From: Tindallia magadiensis
GTDB lineage: Bacteria; Bacillota; Clostridia; Peptostreptococcales; Tindalliaceae
Direction of reading: 5' to 3'
DNA: 48,485 nt
Assembly (NCBI RefSeq): GCF_900113635.1
Contig: NZ_FOQA01000003.1
Span: 1-48,485 of the forward strand
Part shown: positions 41,588-48,485 of the stretch, piece by piece
Position numbering within the stretch: position 1 is the first letter of the stretch
How the letters are laid out: each line of letters opens with the position of its first letter
Program-made: the position numbers and the translations under genes
Notes under the pieces: model-generated
Told to the model about the DNA's origin: nothing
What the model saw: only the letters and a program-made list of their open reading frames with translations
The model's database searches: none

Positions 41588-42640
41588 ATGAGAGAGGAAA
41601 TGACACCAAAGGAACGAGTTGCTGCCTTTGGCAGGGGTGAAGCGATAGACCGCGTGATTACTGTTCCCGATATGGGTGTGACCATGACGCCTTATTTAAG
41701 TATTAATGCCGATGATTATTATCACTCGGCTTCTTTAATGGCGGAATTAGAAATTCAGTTATTTAAGCGATTACGCCACGATTCTGTCAGCATCTCTACC
41801 AGCCTTCGAGGGGTGGCAGAAGCGATGGGTGCTCAGGTAGGATACCCGAAAAATAATATTTCGTTCTTAAAAGCGCCAGCGATCCAATCAGCAGAAGAAA
41901 TTCATCGCTTAAAGCCGGCGGATCCACTAAAAGATGGGAAATTGCCGGTGCTGATTAAGGCTATTGAACTAACGCAAAAGGCGATAGGTCATGAAGTAGA
42001 TGTATCGGCGGCGATGTCTGGTCCCATCAGTGTCGCTGCTTCGATTATTGGTACCGAAACCTTATTAAGGTGGATGGTAAAAAAACCGGAAGCTTTGCAT
42101 GAAGTCATGGAAGTAGTGACGGAATCGAATAATCGATACATACGAGAAGTAGCGAAACGTGGGGTGTCTATAGGATTTGCCGATCCTGTTTCTTCAACAA
42201 GTTTGATGAGTCCTAAACAGTTCAGAGCCTTTTCTCTTCCTTATTTGAAAAAGAATATCGATGAGATAAAAAACAGCACAGGCAGTGCTCCAGGAATCCA
42301 TATTTGTGGAAAAAGCAAACGGATCTGGGAAGATGTAGTGCAGGCAGGAATTTCAAATTTTAGCATTGATAATGTAGAAGATCTGGAAGAAGCGAAGGAA
42401 ATAATGGGGAAAGAGGTTATTATTACTGGCAACCTTCCGCCGGTGGAGGTGCTTCACTTTGGTTCAAAAGAGAAGATTTTTGAGTCCGTAAAGGAATGCA
42501 TCCGAAAAGGTCACGATTCGCCGAAAGGATATATTTTAAGCACGGGATGCCAGATACCCATGAATACAGCCATTGAAAAAATAGAGATGTTTATGGAAGC
42601 AGCCTGGCATTATGGGAAATATCCTATTCAAACATTTTAG
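41588..42640 (+). CDS. URO-D-family methyltransferase (MtaA/CmuA family) paralog 3
   Basis: MREEMTPKERVAAF N-terminus. GIHICGK and STGCQ zinc ligands. RBS aaaggagagg with ATG 41588. The track ORF 41549 extends upstream of the RBS. Confidence 0.8.
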   Translation: MREEMTPKERVAAFGRGEAIDRVITVPDMGVTMTPYLSINADDYYHSASLMAELEIQLFKRLRHDSVSISTSLRGVAEAMGAQVGYPKNNISFLKAPAIQSAEEIHRLKPADPLKDGKLPVLIKAIELTQKAIGHEVDVSAAMSGPISVAASIIGTETLLRWMVKKPEALHEVMEVVTESNNRYIREVAKRGVSIGFADPVSSTSLMSPKQFRAFSLPYLKKNIDEIKNSTGSAPGIHICGKSKRIWEDVVQAGISNFSIDNVEDLEEAKEIMGKEVIITGNLPPVEVLHFGSKEKIFESVKECIRKGHDSPKGYILSTGCQIPMNTAIEKIEMFMEAAWHYGKYPIQTF

Positions 42641-42652
42641 GAGGACATTTAG

Positions 42653-43996
42653 ATGAAAAACGACATGAATAAAGGAAGTTTTGGTGCATTGGTACCATTA
42701 ATTGTATTTGTACTTGTATACTTGAGTGCAGGAATTATCTTGCAAATCTCCGGAGTACCCATGGCTTTTTATCAGTTCCCGGCACCTATTGCAGCGGCTA
42801 TTGGTGTTGTAGTAGCCTTTTTTATCATGAAAGGTTCTTTAGATGAAAAGTTTGACCTTTTCGTAAAAGGCTGTGGTAGTGAAAATATCATTATTATGTG
42901 TCTGATTTATCTGCTGGCAGGTGCTTTTTCTTCTGTAGCAGAAGCTATGGGAGGCGTAGCTTCAACGGTCAACTTAGGCTTGACACTGATTCCCGTTAAT
43001 TTTATTGTAGCCGGTGTCTTTGTGATCTCCGCTTTTATTGGAATTTCTACCGGGACATCCATGGGAACCGTTGTGGCTGTTGGACCTATCGCTGTATCTC
43101 TGGCAGAAAAGGGTGGTCTGAATTTGCCGATGGTCCTGGGTGCTCTGATTGGTGGAGCGATGTTAGGGGATAATTTATCGATTATTTCCGACACCACCAT
43201 TGCGGCAACCAGAACCCAAGGAGTTTCTATGAGGGATAAGTTTAGAGCAAACGCAGGGTTTGTTTTCCCGGCAGCGATGGTTACCTTAGTGGTCATGCTA
43301 GTGCTGGGAAGACCGGATCAATTACCGGAAGCGGAACAGCACCACTATCACCTGATAAAAATTGTTCCGTATGTATTTGTATTAGGAGCGGCCTTGAAAG
43401 GAATCAATGTTTTTGCTGTGCTCACCGGTGGCATTGTGATTGCTGGAGGAATTGGATTACTGTATGGAGACTTTACAGGATTAAGTTTTGTACAGACAAC
43501 CTATGAGGGATTCACAGGAATGATTGATATTTTTCTTCTTTCGCTGCTAACTGGTGGTCTGGCTCATATGGTTTCGGAAAAAGGCGGCCTGGAATGGATT
43601 ATTTACAATATTCGTTCTAAAATTAAAGGGAAAAAAAGTGCCGAATTAGGTATTGGGTGCCTGGCAGGTCTTACCAATATGGCGACAGCTAATAATACGG
43701 TAGCTATTTTAATTAGTGGTAAACTGGCGAAAGAAATATCCAACGAGTTTGATGTGGATCCTCGGCGGTCAGCTTCTTTGCTGGATGTATGCGCTTGTAC
43801 GGTACAAGGTTTAATCCCCTATGGAGCACAGTTGTTGGTGGTAGCCAGCTTTACAGATGGACTGATAAGCCCCGTTGAGATTATTCCTTATAACTGGTAT
43901 TTTGCCATTCTTTTATTCTTTATCGGGCTGTCTATTGTAACACCTTTTGGAAAAGGCTATATTCGCAAAGTACCTTTTCAGCGAGAAAACGCCTAA
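42653..43996 (+). CDS. NhaC-family Na+/H+ antiporter-like transporter
   Basis: 447-aa polytopic membrane protein with NhaC-family architecture. RBS aggagg. Last gene of the methyltransferase operon. Confidence 0.6.
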   Translation: MKNDMNKGSFGALVPLIVFVLVYLSAGIILQISGVPMAFYQFPAPIAAAIGVVVAFFIMKGSLDEKFDLFVKGCGSENIIIMCLIYLLAGAFSSVAEAMGGVASTVNLGLTLIPVNFIVAGVFVISAFIGISTGTSMGTVVAVGPIAVSLAEKGGLNLPMVLGALIGGAMLGDNLSIISDTTIAATRTQGVSMRDKFRANAGFVFPAAMVTLVVMLVLGRPDQLPEAEQHHYHLIKIVPYVFVLGAALKGINVFAVLTGGIVIAGGIGLLYGDFTGLSFVQTTYEGFTGMIDIFLLSLLTGGLAHMVSEKGGLEWIIYNIRSKIKGKKSAELGIGCLAGLTNMATANNTVAILISGKLAKEISNEFDVDPRRSASLLDVCACTVQGLIPYGAQLLVVASFTDGLISPVEIIPYNWYFAILLFFIGLSIVTPFGKGYIRKVPFQRENA

Positions 43997-44121
43997 TTAC
44001 TTCGGATATCTTAAAGTTGTATAAAGGGAGTAGAAGTGGTTTCTTACATTTTTAAGAGGGAAAAATAGTAACCTTTGCAAGTAGTCATAGGCTGGCTAAT
44101 ATTTTATCAGGAAGTAAGATG

Positions 44122-44158
44122 CAAAAGAGGACACGATGATGAATGTGTCCTCTTTTTG
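44122..44158. terminator. Bidirectional intrinsic terminator between convergent operons
   Basis: aaa-agaggacac-gatgatgaat-gtgtcctct-ttttt. Perfect 9-bp stem with an A-run and a T-run on the flanks. Confidence 0.7.
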
Positions 44159-44173
44159 AATTACTTAAAAACA

Positions 44174-45607
44174 TTACTTTTCCTTGTTTTCTGTATCTTC
44201 ATCCTGAATTGTTTCGCTGGAATCGATAGGTAATTCATGATTTTCCTTGTTTTGCAAAAGGTAATTTGGAAGATCTAATCCGGCGCTGTTAAATACGTCC
44301 TGCAGGGGTGGCAGCGACTGCATCATACCTGATAAAAAGTTGGCAGTAGCAGGCTTACCACCATCTTTTCCGCCACCCATATTATCCCAGACAGTTACTT
44401 TATCGATTTGAATTCCTTTAATAGCTTCTACCTGTATTTTCACTAGTTCTGGAAGTCGTTCTGCGATCATAAGCATTACAGCCTTTTCGGGGATGCCACC
44501 TGCAGCTTCGACAAGTTTTTGGTAACCTTCTGCTTGTTTCTCGAGCATTTCTTTGGTTCCTTTAGCTTGTGCGTCCATTTTACTGAAGATAGCGTCAGCT
44601 TCACCTCTAGCAGTTCTTCGTAACTCTTCAGCATGTGCTTCAGCTTCAATTTCGAGTTTTTGCTTTTGAACTTCTGCATGAACAAGCACATCAGCTTCTT
44701 TTGTAGCTTTTTCTCTTTTTGCTCTGGCTTTTTCGGCTTCTTCCTCAGCTGAGTAAGCTTCTTCCAATGCTTTTGCTGCTTGAACCTTTTCGGCAGCGCT
44801 TGCTTTTCTTTCGGCTTCAGCACTCTTTTCTCTTTTCTCTGCTTCAGAATTAGCGACCGTAATTTTGGATCTGTTTTCACCTTCAACAGCCGTAGCATCT
44901 GCTTCCGCTACCTTAACTCTCTGATCTCTTCGAGCTTGTGCTTCACCGATAGAGCCATCTCTATCTTTTTCAGCAACACTCTTTTTAGCATCATTTACAG
45001 CTTTGGCAGCCGCTTCCTTTCCTAAGGCGTGTATATATCCAGATTCATCATTAATATCGGTTACGTTTACATTAATTAGCCGGAGCCCTATCTTTTTAAG
45101 TTCCGTTTCAACATTGCTAGAAACAGCGTCTAAAAATTTATCCCGATCTGTATTGATTTCCTCAATGTCCATTGTTGCAATGACTAATCGTAATTGACCA
45201 AAAATAATATCTTTTGCCAATTCTTGGATTTCCGGAAGACCTAAACCTAGTAGACGTTCGGCTGCATTTTGCATCACACCAGGTTCGGTAGAGATACCCA
45301 CTGTAAACCTTGAAGGAACATCCACTCTAATATTTTGCTTACTAAGAGCATTTTGAAGGTTTACTTCTATGGACAAAGGTGTAAGATCTAAAAATGCATA
45401 GCTCTGGATTACCGGCCATATAAACGAGGCCCCACCATGGATGCATTTGGAAGATCTGTTTTCGTCTCCGGACTTTCCTACTTTACCATATACAACCAAA
45501 ACTTTATCGGACGGACACTTTTTATACCTTGTAAAAAATGCAGCGATTGTACCGAAAATAATTATTACAATAACCGTTAATAAGCCAACTCCATATTGTG
45601 GACCCAT
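44174..45607 (-). CDS. floT: Flotillin (SPFH/band-7 family; FloT/YuaG-like)
   Basis: N-terminal TM segment, SPFH domain, and a long Ala/Glu/Lys-rich coiled coil (flotillin repeats). Start taken at ATG 45607, 1 nt after the nfeD stop and 9 nt from a GGGGGA RBS. The track start is 45616. Confidence 0.8.
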   Translation of the reverse strand: MGPQYGVGLLTVIVIIIFGTIAAFFTRYKKCPSDKVLVVYGKVGKSGDENRSSKCIHGGASFIWPVIQSYAFLDLTPLSIEVNLQNALSKQNIRVDVPSRFTVGISTEPGVMQNAAERLLGLGLPEIQELAKDIIFGQLRLVIATMDIEEINTDRDKFLDAVSSNVETELKKIGLRLINVNVTDINDESGYIHALGKEAAAKAVNDAKKSVAEKDRDGSIGEAQARRDQRVKVAEADATAVEGENRSKITVANSEAEKREKSAEAERKASAAEKVQAAKALEEAYSAEEEAEKARAKREKATKEADVLVHAEVQKQKLEIEAEAHAEELRRTARGEADAIFSKMDAQAKGTKEMLEKQAEGYQKLVEAAGGIPEKAVMLMIAERLPELVKIQVEAIKGIQIDKVTVWDNMGGGKDGGKPATANFLSGMMQSLPPLQDVFNSAGLDLPNYLLQNKENHELPIDSSETIQDEDTENKEK

Positions 45608-45608
45608 T

Positions 45609-46214
45609 TTAATCATTCCCCCTGTTTAATTTTTTTACTAATAGAACACTATTACTTACAATATCTGTTACTACAACCATTGTTCCTCTTGGGATGATCT
45701 CTTCCTCATCTGTCATGGCATCTAATTCTCTTAAAGAAGATTGGAAGGTGATACTAACCTTTCCTACACCTTTTTTTCTGGGTGGAATAGGCAGATATAC
45801 TTCTCCGGTAGCACCTTTTGCCTTTTGTATATTCATAGTACCGCTATGAGTAAGTTTTGAGATAGAGTAAAACAAAGCCGACACAATCAGCAGAATAACA
45901 GTACCAAGCACTGTGGACAAAAGGATTGTAGTGAATTGGCCTAGTCCGGCATGAGAAAAAGTAATTCCGGACCATCCGAATACGGCAAAAAAAGCAATAA
46001 AATTTCTTACAGTAAAAAACTGTAATCCTGACTTGGAATCTCCATCCTCGGTGATATCAATATCCATATCACTGTCGCCAATTTCGAAATCCGTTTCACC
46101 ACCAAGCCCTGCAAAAGTAGCAATTAGTTGAATTACTAGCAATACAGAGAAGGGTATGGCTAAATACCAATAAACCCTATCGAGTATCAAAGTTTCTGCA
46201 AACGAATCTATCAA
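45609..46214 (-). CDS. NfeD-like membrane protein (YuaF-like flotillin partner)
   Basis: TM segments followed by a C-terminal OB-fold-like beta domain (GEVYLPIPPRKKGVGKVSI...GTMVVV). Immediately upstream of flotillin on the same strand. TTG start with RBS aggaggagg. Confidence 0.7.
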   Translation of the reverse strand: MIDSFAETLILDRVYWYLAIPFSVLLVIQLIATFAGLGGETDFEIGDSDMDIDITEDGDSKSGLQFFTVRNFIAFFAVFGWSGITFSHAGLGQFTTILLSTVLGTVILLIVSALFYSISKLTHSGTMNIQKAKGATGEVYLPIPPRKKGVGKVSITFQSSLRELDAMTDEEEIIPRGTMVVVTDIVSNSVLLVKKLNRGND

Positions 46215-46335
46215 ATGACCTCCTCCTTCGAATGTTGCTTTATTCGATTCAAGCTTTCTTTAACCATCTCTACCATTTCACTTTCTATGCCCCAGTCGAA
46301 GTTGAAAATAACCCCCTGCCCTCCGCCAGCCCCTA

Positions 46336-46578
46336 TTACTGAAATAAAATATTCATTCCATCATCAAGAATAGTCAAACTTAAGCTTGCTCTGCTTTTAT
46401 TTCGCATAAAAAACTTGGCATACACTCGGATGGCAAGGTTAATATCTCCACAACTGTACATACTTTCATCCACCAAATTCATAAGGATGTAATGAATTTT
46501 ACTAACTGTATTAGTATGGCATAGCTTTCGAGACTTGTCTGGACAATTTTTGTCATTTTTATTCACAATTTTTGTCAT
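46336..46578 (-). CDS. Hypothetical 80-aa ORF (doubtful)
   Basis: No RBS or family recognised. Its 5' end is made of a 14-bp direct repeat. Confidence 0.2.
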   Translation of the reverse strand: MTKIVNKNDKNCPDKSRKLCHTNTVSKIHYILMNLVDESMYSCGDINLAIRVYAKFFMRNKSRASLSLTILDDGMNILFQ

Positions 46579-46702
46579 GTTTTGCCGAAAGTGATTTTAG
46601 TAATTTTTAGAGAGAGCTACAAAAACACATTTATTTAATTTTCGAATAAAAAGTCTTTCATCTCCACGAAAGGCATAAGAAAACCCGTGAATAATATCAA
46701 CA

Positions 46703-47137
46703 AAGGTACTGATCATACCGTTTCATCCTTTCCTGCTTCCTTTGGTTCAGCCTTACCTGCTTCCTGAGAAAGGGTGCTGGGTGCATCCGGATGAGGCCCA
46801 TACTTGTTTTCCCCCTTCTCACTGCCAATAAAGCCAAGGCCTAAAAACAACAAAGGTCCAATAAAAGGAATATGTAATAAAATAAGAAGGCACCACTGGC
46901 ACCAATATCATGAAACCGCCGTATCGTAATCGCTAAACAAGGGATAAAAGCCAGTACCGCATACCCTAAAGAAAGCTCACCACTGATCGTAAAGTAAGCC
47001 GGGAGTGGGGGACTGCCTATGCCATACCAAGAAAACTCAATCATTGTAACAAAGGCCTTAATCATATTATGAATAATAGCAAAGCACCAATATTCACTTC
47101 GTGTGGCCCGCCCGTCAAACTGCAGCAATCGATTCAT
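46703..47137 (-). pseudogene. DUF805 (YhaI-like) membrane protein gene interrupted by a frameshift in a T5 run
   Basis: The 98-aa ORF (RATRSEYW...RRFHDIGASG) stops at 46841. The -1 frame continues LGLGFIGSEKGENKYGPHPDAP..., the canonical DUF805 C-terminus, to a stop at 46703. The junction is ttgttgtttttagg. Confidence 0.5.
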
Positions 47138-47162
47138 GAAAATCCCTCCTGTTTCTTGAAAG

Positions 47163-47192
47163 TTCCAGCCCCTCTCCTAGGAGGGGCTGGAA
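47163..47192. terminator. 30-bp perfect palindrome ttccagcccctctcctaggaggggctggaa (terminator or operator)
   Basis: Lies between the stop of the upstream minus-strand gene (47237) and the DUF805 start (47137). On the minus strand it is followed by UUUC and then the AGGAGGG RBS. Confidence 0.45.
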
Positions 47193-47236
47193 GAAAATAA
47201 TGGATAGCAGGTTTTAGGGTGTTACGGAATGAAGTT

Positions 47237-48485
47237 TTACTGAGAACTGATAGCCATTCCACCACCACGGTCCGTATTATCAAAATAATGAACTTTGCCG
47301 CCAATAACCATTGAATAATCTGTATGGATATTGTATGGCAGTGGTTTAAGCCCGGTGTTTTCATCGAGTAACTGAGCTTGTTGCTCTTCCGTAAAATGCT
47401 CCATAAGTTCCGACAGATCATCCGGTAACGTATGAAGTGTTAAGGCAACAGAAATATGATCGCCTATTTTTTGTAGATAACCCTGCTCTACCTGAAGTCC
47501 CACCTGTCGAACCAATCCCTGAGCCTGATCAGGTGTTGGCGTAAAGACAGCGTTACTGTCGTTTACTATTTGCGAAACAAGGGATCTTGCATATTGGATG
47601 GATGGGTGGTCATTCTCATTAAATGAAGTGTAATAAACCTTAGCATCGAGATTAAACCTTTCATTCATTGCTCGATTGATGCTATTTAACCCAATATTAA
47701 CATAATCTCCGTAGGGGAAAAGACCTACCCAGTCAGAAAACTCTATGGCACGAGAGAGGGGGGGGAGGGGTAACATCACCGCTGGTCACTTTAGCGTCAA
47801 TCACCGGCGGGAGGTAATAAGGCATACTTTCATGATCTCGAGGATTTTCGGTTAAATTTTGAAGAAACGCTACAAAGACATCTGTGGGGTCAGCTTGGCG
47901 AATATCCAAGATTCTGTCCTCTAAAGAACTAACATACCCTTCGTAAGGAGCATAATCAATGCTACGCACCATTTCTACTCGTTTAATGGGAGCACCAGGA
48001 CCAGGAGAAGGAGCAGGTCGTGGATTTGTCATGAATCTTCCTCTGGAGGCATATATGGTAGGGTGCACTTCCGATACCGCTAATGTTTTCTTATTGCTAT
48101 TTCTATAATCATACTCTTTTAATACACTAAAACTCGAGGCGCTTGCAGGGGTAATACTGGGAGAAGAGGTATTCCGACTCTGAACAACGATACGCAAAGT
48201 GTCATCGTTTTCTTTTTGAAGGGCTATCCCACGAGCGACGGGTGCGAAAAATAACTCTTTGTAAATAAGGAGGGTTTCATGACGGCCACTAACATAAGCC
48301 ACCTCCACCGTCGCCGTTCCATCAGAAAAATGCAGACCATTATCGACAGCCTCTAGAAAAGCCTCAAACTGATTGAAATTCTGGAAATCATCCAAGGATT
48401 TAATGGTAATAGAAGTGTTAGCAGCACTTGGAGAACCATCGGAAAAACTCATCAGGCCCAAGGGTTCAGCAGCGGCCATTGGGGC
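47237..48485 (-). pseudogene. Hypothetical protein gene split by a frameshift at a G8/C8 homopolymer (47758-47765). The 5' end may extend beyond the window.
   Basis: ORFs 47733-48479 and 47237-47779 overlap in different frames exactly across ggggggggagggg. Removing one base fuses them into one reading frame of about 410 aa (…VTPPP|LSRAIEFSDWVG…). Confidence 0.45.

Noticed and set aside
46543-46578. Two copies of a 14-bp direct repeat acaatttttgtcat, 22 bp apart
   Set aside because: It is too short to assign. It overlaps the 5' end of a doubtful ORF. Possibly a regulator binding site, but unsupported.
47134-47421. 95-aa minus-strand ORF overlapping the C-terminal half of the frameshifted gene
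   Set aside because: It is in a different frame and is fully nested in the better-supported ORF. No RBS.

Overview
This 48.5-kb window looks like chromosomal DNA from a low-GC Firmicutes, most likely a Clostridia-like anaerobe. It is densely coding, with about 40 genes and no rRNA, tRNA, CRISPR or obvious IS elements. Reading left to right, the window contains the following. (1) Two tandem secreted paralogs with copper-amine-oxidase-like stalk domains that share near-identical 3' ends. (2) A TPP riboswitch controlling a thiW-thiD-thiM-thiE thiamine salvage operon. (3) A yaaA-family gene. (4) A compact type II restriction-modification cassette on the minus strand: a beta-class DPPY amino-methyltransferase followed by an overlapping, unrecognisable 397-aa ORF that is presumably the endonuclease. 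It is wedged between yaaA and rpmB. (5) rpmB-sbcD-sbcC, with a 21-bp tandem repeat in the leader. (6) A threonine utilisation module, tdh-kbl followed by an SstT-like symporter. (7) An OpuC-type quaternary-amine ABC transporter. (8) A soluble hybrid PAS histidine kinase with Hpt, followed by a protein with a pseudo-receiver, receiver, GGDEF and hemerythrin domains. (9) A MerR/XRE-cupin regulator divergent from an orphan kynureninase. (10) A 1558-aa LPXTG adhesin with CnaB repeats. (11) A tyrosine phenol-lyase-like gene. (12) An EAL-HDOD protein. (13) A split ThrE exporter. (14) The most unusual block, 34968-43996: a CobW/COG0523 G3E GTPase fused to a degenerate, zinc-ligand-less URO-D-like (MtaA/CmuA) domain, followed by three canonical URO-D-family methyltransferases, a B12-binding corrinoid protein, a RACo-type reductive activator and an NhaC-family transporter. 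This is a corrinoid methyltransferase system of unknown substrate with a built-in putative metallochaperone. (15) An nfeD-flotillin operon on the minus strand. (16) Two genes broken by single-base homopolymer frameshifts, one at a T5 run in a DUF805 gene and one at a G8/C8 tract. All calls are from reading the sequence and remembered family signatures. No database searches were run.
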